From an uncultured Gammaproteobacteria bacterium (GTDB lineage: Bacteria; Patescibacteriota; Microgenomatia; UBA1406; GWC2-37-13): a stretch of 49,483 nucleotides of DNA. The position numbers and the translations under genes were made by a program. Of the stretch, positions 8,168 to 17,742 are shown piece after piece. Location of the stretch: positions 1-49,483 of the forward strand of contig CAYHOJ010000001.1 of the NCBI GenBank assembly GCA_964358305.1. The letters are read 5' to 3'. Within the stretch, counting starts at the first letter, position 1. Every line of letters begins with the position of its first letter. The notes under the pieces were generated by a model. It worked only from the letters and a program-made list of their open reading frames with translations. It had not been told where the DNA came from and did not search any database.

Positions 8168-9211
8168 ATGTTCAACCCTACTTTTACGATTACCAACAAA
8201 ATTCTTACTAATATTTCCAAGATAGAAGCATCTGAGGAAGTAATCAAGCATTCGCCGCTTTTACCTCTTTGGGAAAAACAGTTTAAGGAAGAAGCTTTGA
8301 TTAGAGCGGTTTATCATGGCACTCATCTTGAGGGTAATATTCTTCATAAGGACGATGCTAAAGATATTCTCATGGGTCGCGACGTCATTGGTCGACCGCG
8401 TGATATTCAGGAGATAATTAATTACAGAAAAGTAATTGAGTTTATAGATGACGAAGCAAATAAAAAAATTGATAAAATTTCTGAACAAATTATCAAGAAA
8501 TTACATCGAATTTTGACCGACAAAATTTTAATTGGCGAGCAAATAGGTGAATATAGAACAAAACAAGTAATTATCAGAAATTCCGCCAATGGTGAAGTGA
8601 CTTTTCGTCCGCCTCCTCCAATTGAAGTACCTTTTTTAATGCGCGAATTTGTCTATTGGTTGAATCGCGATGATAAAGATAAATTACATCCGGTTTTAAA
8701 AGCGGGGATTGCCCATCATGAATTAGTGCGTATTCATCCATTTTTAGATGGTAACGGTCGGGTTTCTCGCGTATTGGCGACTTTGATTTTATTCTTAGGA
8801 GGATATGATATCCGTCGGTTTTTTTCGCTTGAAGAATATTATGACAAAGATGCGATTACCTATTATCAGAACTTACAGAAAGCTTCGGCTGGGGATTTAA
8901 GCAGTTGGTTAGAATACTTTACATCCGGGGCAGGAATAGAATTTGAAAAAGTTAAAGAAAAAATCTTGAAATTATCTAAAGACGTAAAGTTAAAAGAAAA
9001 GTTCGGTGGTCAGCAGATTTTTTTAACGGAGCGTCAGATGAAGATGATTGAGTATATTCAAGAAATAGGCTATATTCAGAATCAAACTTTTGGAGATGTT
9101 TTTCCTGACGTGTCAGAAGATACGGTTTTACGTGATCTTCAGGATCTAATAAAGAAAGGTTTGCTTAAAAAAATTGGAAGTACTAAATCGGCACGTTATA
9201 CTATGGTTTAG
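8168..9211 (+). CDS. Fic domain protein with C-terminal winged HTH (start revised to ATG 8168)
   Basis: HPFLDGNGRVSR, THLEGN, C-terminal VSEDTVLRDLQDLIKKGLL. Confidence 0.9.
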   Translation: MFNPTFTITNKILTNISKIEASEEVIKHSPLLPLWEKQFKEEALIRAVYHGTHLEGNILHKDDAKDILMGRDVIGRPRDIQEIINYRKVIEFIDDEANKKIDKISEQIIKKLHRILTDKILIGEQIGEYRTKQVIIRNSANGEVTFRPPPPIEVPFLMREFVYWLNRDDKDKLHPVLKAGIAHHELVRIHPFLDGNGRVSRVLATLILFLGGYDIRRFFSLEEYYDKDAITYYQNLQKASAGDLSSWLEYFTSGAGIEFEKVKEKILKLSKDVKLKEKFGGQQIFLTERQMKMIEYIQEIGYIQNQTFGDVFPDVSEDTVLRDLQDLIKKGLLKKIGSTKSARYTMV

Positions 9212-9323
9212 AATTCTTATAGATTCTGTCACTCGAGACGACTATTCCCCTGCGAGCCTCTGCGGTATACACCGCAATCCGGTTCTCGGGGAACCTTTTC
9301 TCTTCGTGACATCTATAAGAATT
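9212..9323. repeat. Long imperfect hairpin
   Basis: TTCTTATAGAT/ATCTATAAGAA, TGTCAC/GTGACA, TTCCCC/GGGGAA, TGCGGT/ACCGCA. Confidence 0.75.
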
Positions 9324-9328
9324 TCTCT

Positions 9329-9360
9329 GTCATCCCCGCGGAGGCGGGGATCCAGTCTAG
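9329..9360. repeat. dRS3-like REP GTCATCCCCGCGGAGGCGGGGATCCAG
   Basis: Variant of the 2947 hairpin with a compensatory stem change. Confidence 0.8.
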
Positions 9361-9384
9361 AATTACAGTATTTAAAATTGTTTT

Positions 9385-11139
9385 ATGCTTTTTTCTGAGC
9401 TTTCTAAATATTTTGAAAGAATTGAAAAAAATTCTTCCCGCCTGGAAATAACGAGAATATTAGCGGAATTATTTAAGTTATTGAATGTTCAAGAGATCAC
9501 AAAAGTTGTTTATTTACTTCAAGGAAGAGTGGGCCCCGCCTATGAAGGAATTGATTTTGGCATGGCTGAGAGAACCATCATTAAATCTGCCATGTCCGCT
9601 CTCAACATTGACCGGAATTATTTTGAAAAAGAGTTTAAAAAGAGCGGTGATCTAGGGCAGACTGTTGAAAGTTTTAAAAAACTTTATAAGTCGTTTGAAG
9701 AAAAAGATATGGAAGTACTGGCAGTTTTTGATTTTTTTTATAAACTAGCGACTGCCTCTGGGAACGGTTCACAAGACGTTAAAGTAAGTCTTCTCTCTCA
9801 ATTAATTCGCCAACTTGACCCGTTATCAGGAAGATATTTAGTCCGTCTTCCGACCGGTATTATCCGCCTCGGGTTTTCTGATATGACGATACTTGATGCT
9901 TATTCTTGGATGTTAAAAGGAGATAAGAGTTTGCGATCAATTATTGAGACCGCCTATCACGTCCGGCCTGACTTAGGATTTATTGGAAAAATATTAAAAG
10001 AAAAAGGAATTAAGGGTTTAGAAGAAATAGAACCAAAAGTCTTTACACCGATTATTATGATGAAGGCGGAAAGAATGTCATCAGCCAAAGAAATAATCAA
10101 GCAAATTGGCAAATGTTTAGTTGAGCCTAAATTTGATGGGTTTAGGTTGCAGGTGCATTATCTAGGGTCTGACCCTCGACGAGGGTCAGACCCTACCGAA
10201 AGCCTTCCAAAGGTTAGATTGTTCTCCCGAAGTCTCGAGGACGTTACATACATGTATCCTGATATTGTTGAAGGAGTAAGGAGGGAAATTAAAGCTGATG
10301 AATTAATCATTGAGGGGGAGGCGATTGGTTATAATCCAAAGACAGGTGAGTTTCTTCCGTTTCAGGAAACAGTTCAGCGTAAACGAAAATATGATATTGG
10401 GGCAAAATCAATTGAAGTGCCTTTAAAACTTTTTGCTTTTGAGCTTTTATATCTAAACGGAAAAAATTTTATAAAAAAACCGTTTATTGAACGAAGAAAA
10501 GCTCTGGAACAGGTGACGATAAAAAATAAGGATATAAGTAAGCAAATCATAGTTGTTGATCATCAAGAAGAAGTAGACAAAGAAGAACGGCTAGAGGAAA
10601 TTTTTGATCAGGCGGTTGCTAAAAAGTTAGAAGGGGTGATTGCTAAAAAAATTGATGGTATCTATCAACCGGGCGCTCGCGGTTGGAATTGGATCAAGTA
10701 TAAAAGGAGCTATTCTTCAAAGGTTAACGATACAATTGATTGTCTGGTGATGGGCTATGACTTTGGGAAAGGAAAGAGGACGGATTTTGGTATGGGAGCG
10801 TTTTTGGTTGGGGTAAGAGAAGAAAAAAATGATAAATTTGTGACGGTGGCTAAAATTGGTACAGGGTTGACAGATGAGGAATGGAGGTTTCTCAAAATTA
10901 AATCTCAAATATCAAAACTCAAAGATAAGCCAATGAATTATTCTGTTGATAAAGCTATGAATTGCGATGTGTGGATTTCTCCTGCAATTGTGGTTGAGAT
11001 TAGGGCTGATGAAATTACTAAGTCACCAACTCATACAGCCGGCTTGGCATTACGGTTTCCTCGTTTAGAAAAATTTAGAGATGATAAAAAACCAGATGAT
11101 GTAACTACGCTGGAAGAGTTAAAGGGACTCTCTTTATAA
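9385..11139 (+). CDS. lig: ATP-dependent DNA ligase
   Basis: EPKFDGFR adenylation motif, EGE, EGVIAK, WIKYK, ALRFPR. Confidence 0.95.
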   Translation: MLFSELSKYFERIEKNSSRLEITRILAELFKLLNVQEITKVVYLLQGRVGPAYEGIDFGMAERTIIKSAMSALNIDRNYFEKEFKKSGDLGQTVESFKKLYKSFEEKDMEVLAVFDFFYKLATASGNGSQDVKVSLLSQLIRQLDPLSGRYLVRLPTGIIRLGFSDMTILDAYSWMLKGDKSLRSIIETAYHVRPDLGFIGKILKEKGIKGLEEIEPKVFTPIIMMKAERMSSAKEIIKQIGKCLVEPKFDGFRLQVHYLGSDPRRGSDPTESLPKVRLFSRSLEDVTYMYPDIVEGVRREIKADELIIEGEAIGYNPKTGEFLPFQETVQRKRKYDIGAKSIEVPLKLFAFELLYLNGKNFIKKPFIERRKALEQVTIKNKDISKQIIVVDHQEEVDKEERLEEIFDQAVAKKLEGVIAKKIDGIYQPGARGWNWIKYKRSYSSKVNDTIDCLVMGYDFGKGKRTDFGMGAFLVGVREEKNDKFVTVAKIGTGLTDEEWRFLKIKSQISKLKDKPMNYSVDKAMNCDVWISPAIVVEIRADEITKSPTHTAGLALRFPRLEKFRDDKKPDDVTTLEELKGLSL

Positions 11140-11167
11140 AGACAGTCTTATTTAAGACTGTCTTTAT
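11136..11167. terminator. Perfect 15-bp inverted repeat between convergent genes (likely bidirectional terminator or REP)
   Basis: ATAAAGACAGTCTTA-TT-TAAGACTGTCTTTAT. Confidence 0.65.
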
Positions 11168-11854
11168 TTAAACCAAGTGACGATGAGATTTGAGCATATT
11201 TATAAACCTTAGAGGATATTCAATAAAAAATGAGGAAGGATTATATCTGATTCTTCTTCCAGATATCTTAACAACAACATCAGGTTCAAAATATATTTCC
11301 CCATATTTTTTTAAATGGATAGCTAAATCAATATCTTCATGAACTTTTTTATCATCGGTACAAAGCTCGTTTTTTACCTTTAGCCAAGTCTCTTTCCTTA
11401 TACCCATGGAAGGTCCGATTAACGTCGGGATGCCAATAATTGCTTTAGACAAATAATAAAAGATATCTGATGGTAATGAAGATTTAGTTGCAACAGGGAG
11501 ATCATATAACACAATTGGATTAGTAAAACCTACAACATTTTCATTTTTTGAAAAAACTTCTTTGATTTTTTTTACCCAATTATTTGGAAGGATGCTATCT
11601 GCGTCACAACGAGCGATGATTTCGTATTTAGCAGTATCAAAGCCTTTATTTCTAGTTGGAGTAATTCCTTGTTTTTTTTCAAAAACAAGCATGATGTCTT
11701 TATATTTTTTTACTATTGATACAGTGTTATCCGTACTATTATTATCAATAACGATGATTTCATCGGGTTTTTCACTCTGATTAAGCAAAGAATCAAGGCA
11801 TTTTTTAATTCGTTTTTCTTCGTTATATACCGGTATAACAACGGAAACTTTCAT
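11168..11854 (-). CDS. Glycosyltransferase family 2
   Basis: VSVVIPVYNEE, DNNSTD, DAD, HED. Confidence 0.92.
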   Translation of the reverse strand: MKVSVVIPVYNEEKRIKKCLDSLLNQSEKPDEIIVIDNNSTDNTVSIVKKYKDIMLVFEKKQGITPTRNKGFDTAKYEIIARCDADSILPNNWVKKIKEVFSKNENVVGFTNPIVLYDLPVATKSSLPSDIFYYLSKAIIGIPTLIGPSMGIRKETWLKVKNELCTDDKKVHEDIDLAIHLKKYGEIYFEPDVVVKISGRRIRYNPSSFFIEYPLRFINMLKSHRHLV

Positions 11855-12606
11855 AAATTAATTTTTTTTATCAAATTATTTTTAACATATTTAATTAATT
11901 TATCAATTTGATTATTATTTTTGTTAGGTTTTTTAATATAGAAAGAATATAGATATGATTTAAGTAAATAAGAAATAGGATTTTGTTGTTTCAGTATTTC
12001 AGATAGAATATCAAAGCTTTCCACAAGAAATAATTTAGCAACAATATCATAGGTTTGTTTTTCATACTTTAATGTTGTTTTTACCCCATTCAACGGAAAT
12101 AGTTGCATTTTTTTATTTCGAAAAATATAGTTTAAATATAATTCCAACCCATAACCTTTCTTAGACATTTCTCTTAAATAAGGAGTAAGGTTTTTTTTCC
12201 AATAAGCTCTTTCACCACTGAGAGGTAGGAATAATTTGTCAGTTTTTATATCATTTGGATAACCAATAACAACTTCTTTTTTTCCTAAAATTAAAGGCTT
12301 AATTAATTTTGCCAAATGTGAATCATTTAATCCTGTTAAGTCGGCATCAATAAAAACAACAATCTCTCCTATTGATTTTTTAATTCCTTTTACAATAGCA
12401 TAGCTTTTACCATGATTTTTTTTCAAACTGATTAATTTTATTTTTTTAAACTTTCTGACTATGGAAAGAGTATTATCATTAGAACCGTCATTAATAATTA
12501 TTATTTCGTCTACTAAAGAAGAATTAATCAGAGATTTTAGTACGCCGCCAATTTTTTTTTCTTCGTTATAAGCGGGAACAATAACAGAAATAAGGCATTT
12601 TTTCAT
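11851..12606 (-). CDS. Glycosyltransferase family 2
   Basis: SVIVPAYNEE, NDGSND, FIDADL. Confidence 0.92.
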   Translation of the reverse strand: MKKCLISVIVPAYNEEKKIGGVLKSLINSSLVDEIIIINDGSNDNTLSIVRKFKKIKLISLKKNHGKSYAIVKGIKKSIGEIVVFIDADLTGLNDSHLAKLIKPLILGKKEVVIGYPNDIKTDKLFLPLSGERAYWKKNLTPYLREMSKKGYGLELYLNYIFRNKKMQLFPLNGVKTTLKYEKQTYDIVAKLFLVESFDILSEILKQQNPISYLLKSYLYSFYIKKPNKNNNQIDKLIKYVKNNLIKKINL

Positions 12607-14282
12607 AAGAAGATCATATAAATAGTAAAACCATTATTTTGATATGCAATCGGGAATTGATATTGACTAGGCTTTTCGGAGACAAAATATTTGGCTCCAT
12701 ATTTTTTTGATATTCTTAAAATATCATTCTCAGATAAAGAATGGTAGGCATTTTTTGTAATCTTAATGTTTTTAATAGGGTCAATTGAGAATTTGATTAA
12801 GGCTCCTGGGGCGACGTCTTCAAACCTTGGCCGCCAGTAATCTATATAAGAAGGGAGAAATGCACCTTCAAGTAACTCAGATAAGGTTGAGACGGAAGAT
12901 CTTTCCGAGACGACCCTCCATTCCAGGTCATAAAACCACCAAAGAGCAGGCGGAGTAATAAAAACAGTATCCTTTGGCGTATTATTTTTCGCCCATATCT
13001 GGACATCATAGCCATCATCTTTTATTGGCCAGATATTAATCCCAGGCCTCCAAACATTCATTGATTTAAAAATAAATAGCGTTAACAAAAATATAAAAAT
13101 AATTAAACACTTAATTATTTTAATTAAATTATCTTTATCTATTTTTTTGTAAATAAACAGGGCAACTAAGGCAATTAGTGGAGATATTGAAAAAAATAGA
13201 GCAAAGATAAGTAGAATAATTTTATTTGTTTTTATTTTTTCGGAATAAAATAATTCAGATATGTAGCCGGCAAAATATAAATAGGCAAAAATATTAATAA
13301 ACAACCCGACTCTGATAATCTGCGACTGAATAATTATAGTTAATGGGAGCCAAGTTCCTGCGACCGCCTGAACAATCAGAATAATTATGGAAGCCCAGAT
13401 AAAATTTCTGACAATTAAATCATTATTGGATTTTTTTGTCGGCATGGTTAAAAAAAAGATAATCACAGTGGCAACACCGCTCAAGGTAGTAAAGTTTATT
13501 AAAGGATTTGTTGTAATAAGAGTAAAGACGTGAGCTAAAAGACTATTATTGATGATATAGAGCAAGCTTCGATCTAAGCCAACGTCAACATGTGAATTGC
13601 TGAACTTCCATATCAAAACGGGAGAAGCAAATAAAAGAAAAGTAAAAAATTGTTTTATAAAATTTTTGGCTCCTACTTCTTTAATTCTTAATAAAGAATC
13701 AAAAATAAACATTGCTAATACAAAATTTACTGATATGACGTGAAGGTTATACATTAATCCTAAAATTAAAAAAGCATACAAAGTTTTTTTATTGAGATAT
13801 AAATTAATAGCAATCAACAAAAATGGGAGAACAAAAGTCCTGTTTAATAAACTAAATTCAAAGATTGGAAAACCAGCAAAACCAAGATGAGGGAAAATAA
13901 AAGCAATTACAGCTAAAAAAGGAGCAATTGGATTTTTGAATAATGTTTTTGCGAGATTGTAAATAGCCAAAAAAGTTAAGAACGTTGCCAAAAAATGCGT
14001 AATAAACATAGTAATTTCAAGTATTCCTAGCCGATAAAATGGAATAAAAAAATACCAAAAAAAAGAATAATGATAGTTTCGTAGTTCCAAAAATTTATCA
14101 TTAGGGTAGAGGCTAAGATCGGATATTTTTTTTAAATCTGGGATATGAATGGCCTGATCAAAAGTACCAAAATAATAACCCATTAAGAGTATGGTTGCTA
14201 ACGAAGCTATAGCAAAAAATATATATTGGTAAATTTTAATTTGCGAAATTTTGTAGCTAATTAATGTCAATAACTTTATCAT
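12603..14282 (-). CDS. Polytopic membrane protein (possible GT-C-like / DUF6798-like)
   Basis: Many TMs, C-terminal WAKNNTPKDTVFITPP domain; operon with GT2 genes. Confidence 0.65.
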   Translation of the reverse strand: MIKLLTLISYKISQIKIYQYIFFAIASLATILLMGYYFGTFDQAIHIPDLKKISDLSLYPNDKFLELRNYHYSFFWYFFIPFYRLGILEITMFITHFLATFLTFLAIYNLAKTLFKNPIAPFLAVIAFIFPHLGFAGFPIFEFSLLNRTFVLPFLLIAINLYLNKKTLYAFLILGLMYNLHVISVNFVLAMFIFDSLLRIKEVGAKNFIKQFFTFLLFASPVLIWKFSNSHVDVGLDRSLLYIINNSLLAHVFTLITTNPLINFTTLSGVATVIIFFLTMPTKKSNNDLIVRNFIWASIIILIVQAVAGTWLPLTIIIQSQIIRVGLFINIFAYLYFAGYISELFYSEKIKTNKIILLIFALFFSISPLIALVALFIYKKIDKDNLIKIIKCLIIFIFLLTLFIFKSMNVWRPGINIWPIKDDGYDVQIWAKNNTPKDTVFITPPALWWFYDLEWRVVSERSSVSTLSELLEGAFLPSYIDYWRPRFEDVAPGALIKFSIDPIKNIKITKNAYHSLSENDILRISKKYGAKYFVSEKPSQYQFPIAYQNNGFTIYMIFL

Positions 14283-14284
14283 TT

Positions 14285-15070
14285 TTATATTTTGAAAATT
14301 GAAATAATAGGATAATGATCGGAAGAATGAGATTCGATTCTTTCAGTTTTAATTAATTTTAAACCTCGGTAGAAAGAATAATCAGTTTTTATTTGCTTAG
14401 CAACCAACATGTTAATAAATGGCAATGTAAGGCGTTGGAACAAATTAAATTTTTCAAACTTGCCATTTCCAGAAAATTTTATCGTTTGTCTGATATTGGC
14501 AGTTGCCTCTAATAATCCAAATTTAGCCATCATCTTCTCAAGTCGCATTCTTTTATATGGAAAATAATTAAAATCACCGACGATAATCAATGGAGCTTTT
14601 ATTGAAAGATGAATTGACTTTAGTGCTTGGTTGATATGTTTGACCCTCAATTCATTACTGCCAACAACGTATAGATGAACATTACATATACAGATTTTTT
14701 TCTTTGTCAGTTTATGGGTGAAATTTGTTTCTAAAACCGTTTTTGGTTGGTTATACCCAAGGACAATTCTTAGGATATTAAAAAAGAAATCACCCAAGTT
14801 AATTCCAAGATCAAGTTTAAATGAATCATTATATTCAAGGCCTTTTGGATTATAAAAAGTAATTACTCCAAAAATTTTTCCAAATTTGACAAATGAATTA
14901 GAATAATCAGCCATTTTATAGCCAAATTTTTCAATTTTTTGAACACTTTTATCATCAGTCAAAGCTTCCTGTAAGCAAATTATGTCCGGATGATAAGAAT
15001 CGATCACTTCGCCAAGTTTATTGACGCCATTGTTGAATAAAGTATTGTAGGTGAGCAGGGACAAATTCAT
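14285..15070 (-). CDS. Endonuclease/exonuclease/phosphatase (EEP) family protein
   Basis: LTYN, DIICLQE, NVHL, GDFN, SSDHYP. Confidence 0.92.
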   Translation of the reverse strand: MNLSLLTYNTLFNNGVNKLGEVIDSYHPDIICLQEALTDDKSVQKIEKFGYKMADYSNSFVKFGKIFGVITFYNPKGLEYNDSFKLDLGINLGDFFFNILRIVLGYNQPKTVLETNFTHKLTKKKICICNVHLYVVGSNELRVKHINQALKSIHLSIKAPLIIVGDFNYFPYKRMRLEKMMAKFGLLEATANIRQTIKFSGNGKFEKFNLFQRLTLPFINMLVAKQIKTDYSFYRGLKLIKTERIESHSSDHYPIISIFKI

Positions 15071-15111
15071 ATGAATATTATACTAGAAAAGCTATTTTAG
15101 AGTATAAACAT

Positions 15112-15136
15112 AGTTATCCACAGACTCTGGATAACT
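15112..15136. promoter_or_regulatory. Inverted pair of DnaA-box-like 9-mers
   Basis: TTATCCACA (15114-15122) and inverted TTATCCAGA (15134-15126). Confidence 0.5.
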
Positions 15137-15186
15137 TTTATCATATTGTTGTAATAATCTAAAACGAAATATTAATACTATAAGAT

Positions 15187-15248
15187 GTCCTATAGACAAC
15201 GTTATATTATCTATAGGACTTGACAAACAATTTAATTTTGTTTATAGT
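15187..15248 (+). promoter_or_regulatory. Palindrome GTCCTATAGA-N13-TCTATAGGAC abutting promoter TTGACA-N17-TATAGT
   Basis: Read directly; ATG 7 nt after the -10. Confidence 0.65.
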
Positions 15249-15255
15249 AAGGCAT

Positions 15256-15384
15256 ATGAAGAAATCAATAATCTTTAAAAATAAGTATCAAAAGAAAAAT
15301 GAACTAATTGGATTTGTTGCCGATCAATTTAAAAAATTAACGAAGAAGAATCTGAGAATACCGGTAACGTTGTATCATTTGTGA
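15256..15384 (+). CDS. Small basic protein (42 aa, not in ORF track)
   Basis: MKKSIIFKNKYQKKNELIGFVADQFKKLTKKNLRIPVTLYHL*, directly after a consensus promoter. Confidence 0.6.
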   Translation: MKKSIIFKNKYQKKNELIGFVADQFKKLTKKNLRIPVTLYHL

Positions 15385-15500
15385 TAGATAAGATCCGCCA
15401 TCGTTCAGGTTCGTTTCGAGGATTACATCCACGCAAACGAATCTTCACTCAAGGCGGATTCAAGAAACAGTAATTTCAATAAATTGAAAACTGTTTCTAG

Positions 15501-15554
15501 AAAAAAGAGCATCACTACCGCTCGTATTTGAGGGAACGACGTATAGTAATGCCC
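15501..15554 (-). ncRNA. Candidate ~54-nt hairpin sRNA
   Basis: Own promoter TTGACA(15589-15584)-N17-TATCGT(15566-15561); stem GGGCATTACTA/TAGTGATGCTC followed by T6. Confidence 0.45.
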
Positions 15555-15587
15555 GGTACTACGATAGCAAATAAAAATTGGTTTGTC

Positions 15588-15610
15588 AACCCCGACTCAG
15601 TCGGGGTTTT
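15588..15610 (+). terminator. Rho-independent terminator-like hairpin
   Basis: AACCCCGAC-TCA-GTCGGGGTT-TT between convergent units. Confidence 0.7.
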
Positions 15611-15614
15611 GCGT

Positions 15615-17723
15615 TTATTGATTTAGTCTATACAAAGCCCCAAACCCATTAGAAGACTTGAAAATTAACCTACCTATTTTTGACCACTTTTTCTCGTCTA
15701 AATTAGGGTATTTTTGGCGTTCTAATCGAGAGATTATCACATATTTTATTTGGTATTTCTTAATTAATAATTTAGTTTCATCAATACTATTTGATTCATA
15801 AAGAGAAACAACTTCTGGAATACGCTTTCCAACTACATCGGAAGATCCACGCCAGAGCCATTCATGGACCCACCAGCCGGCGACTGTTGGTAGACCAGTA
15901 AAGGAAGATATCCTCTCATAGTCAGTGTACGAGTCCCCTTGGGCCTCTAAAATGACAGGTTGTCCTTTTTCGTTTTTGTTTAGATAATCAATGATCTCAT
16001 CATCTTCAAGAAAGCTTGTCTTTAACCAATCTTGACCATCCAATTGCACTGGACGATTAAGCGTGCCGTAGTATGAGGGAACAGAAAAATAAGGGTAGAT
16101 TGACGGGAAGAAGAGGAAAACGACAAAGATGATAGATGATAGATAATAGATGATAGACTTTTTGATATTTTTTAACAAATAAAATGTGATGATTGAAGCG
16201 ATTCCCATCATGGAAAAAGCTTGATAACCAAGCTTAAACATGGTGTTAGCCCGGAAATGAGCAGGGTAAATATCTTTGATATAAAAAAATTCAGGAATGA
16301 TTGTTAGGAATATTCCAAATGAAAAAAGAATCAAAATAAAATTGTTATATGGTTTTATTGCTATATTGTTATGAATTCTGTTTTTGATTATTAAAAATAT
16401 GATAAAACTAACCCAGAAAAATCCCCAGAGGAGAAAAAGCATCCAAAAAGGGGAGATCTGACAGTTGCCGGCTTCAAAAATAAATGGTCCGATCTTACCG
16501 ATACTGGTCAAAAATTTAGGGGAACAGTTGACTCCAATACCGCTGACAAAAGGTTTAAAAAACCAAGAAAATGGCAAGGAAAAAATGACAAATGAAAAAA
16601 TAAGAACAAATGAATTTAAAAATAATTTATAAGAGAATCGAAACATGACAAGGAAAATAAATAAAGTAAGCAATATATAGATTGGGCCGTCAAATGCGTT
16701 AGTCATATAGTGAATGGCGGACATGAAACCGAGAAAAATTATTGTAGAGACGCGGCATGCCGCGTCTGTACGTAATCTATTGGCAAAGAAAATAAATAAT
16801 ATTCCCAACGTTAATAATACAAACGGAATGTCAAATACATGTCCATGAAGGTCTGCAACTACGTACGAATATGAGGGAAATTCATGAATGGTGAAAGGAA
16901 TAAGACGGGTGGCATTTGGATACCAATAAGCAGTCGGGTTGAAGACTGACAGAATTTTCCAGAAAGGAATAGGAGTTTCGTTTGGATAGCCTTTGGTAAA
17001 AAGATAGATCGTGTGAAGATTTCCACCGAGATTAACCAAATAAGCCCCGATTAAACCAAAGACAATAGCTTTATATTGAGATATTTTTTGATCATATTTT
17101 TTAATAATATTTATAACCAGCGAGAATACCTGAGTCACTCCTTGAGCAAAAATCGTCGCAAGAATTAAATTATAGCCAATAGAAGCTTTTATATTACTGA
17201 GTTTTATCAATAGAGCGCCGGATAAATGACCGAAATAATAGTAGTTGATTGGTTCGGATGAATACCAAATATCTTTTGGGGGAAAGAATTTAGTCCGTAA
17301 TATTGAATTTATAAATCCAAAATCCATAAACTTTTCCAGGCCATGAATTGAAGGTTCTTGACTGCGGATAAAGGTCCAAAAGAAGAGGCAGAAGATAAAG
17401 AGGAATTCTTCGAAAATTATTACCTGTAGAGACGCGGCATGCCGCGTCTGTACGTCAGAAGAATTTTTTTTATAAATAAACCAATTAATAATTGCGAATA
17501 AACACAGGGAAAAGATTAACGCGGAACGATCAAACGGTAAAATTCTGACGATTCCTAAAACGAAAACAAAATAACTAAGAAGAATAATTCCTAAGGTTTT
17601 AGCGAATGGATAACCAAAGTCAAAAGAAAAGCTTTTAAATATTTTCTTGGTTAAGGGAGTAAAAACGATGCCAATAATGAGTAAAATTATATACCATTGA
17701 AGCGTAATTAGAATCCAGTTCAT
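15615..17723 (-). CDS. DUF2298 / YYY-motif membrane protein
   Basis: EKFMDFGF, PINYYYFG, IHEFPSYS, DLHGH, RANTMFK. Confidence 0.88.
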   Translation of the reverse strand: MNWILITLQWYIILLIIGIVFTPLTKKIFKSFSFDFGYPFAKTLGIILLSYFVFVLGIVRILPFDRSALIFSLCLFAIINWFIYKKNSSDVQTRHAASLQVIIFEEFLFIFCLFFWTFIRSQEPSIHGLEKFMDFGFINSILRTKFFPPKDIWYSSEPINYYYFGHLSGALLIKLSNIKASIGYNLILATIFAQGVTQVFSLVINIIKKYDQKISQYKAIVFGLIGAYLVNLGGNLHTIYLFTKGYPNETPIPFWKILSVFNPTAYWYPNATRLIPFTIHEFPSYSYVVADLHGHVFDIPFVLLTLGILFIFFANRLRTDAACRVSTIIFLGFMSAIHYMTNAFDGPIYILLTLFIFLVMFRFSYKLFLNSFVLIFSFVIFSLPFSWFFKPFVSGIGVNCSPKFLTSIGKIGPFIFEAGNCQISPFWMLFLLWGFFWVSFIIFLIIKNRIHNNIAIKPYNNFILILFSFGIFLTIIPEFFYIKDIYPAHFRANTMFKLGYQAFSMMGIASIITFYLLKNIKKSIIYYLSSIIFVVFLFFPSIYPYFSVPSYYGTLNRPVQLDGQDWLKTSFLEDDEIIDYLNKNEKGQPVILEAQGDSYTDYERISSFTGLPTVAGWWVHEWLWRGSSDVVGKRIPEVVSLYESNSIDETKLLIKKYQIKYVIISRLERQKYPNLDEKKWSKIGRLIFKSSNGFGALYRLNQ

Positions 17724-17742
17724 AGGAAATTATTATATAATA

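Noticed and set aside
7844-8251. Long overlapping starts for the pilin (8251) and Fic (8075)
   Set aside because: ATGs at 8140 and 8168 remove the overlap and each has a -10 box 6 nt upstream.
9212-9323. Integron attC sites
   Set aside because: No RYYYAAC/GTTRRRY ends and no integron integrase in the window.
9174-9398. 74-aa ORF between fic and lig
   Set aside because: Runs through a hairpin and a REP; no protein features.
15112-15136. oriC
   Set aside because: Only two DnaA-like boxes, no dnaA/dnaN adjacent; GC skew not computed.
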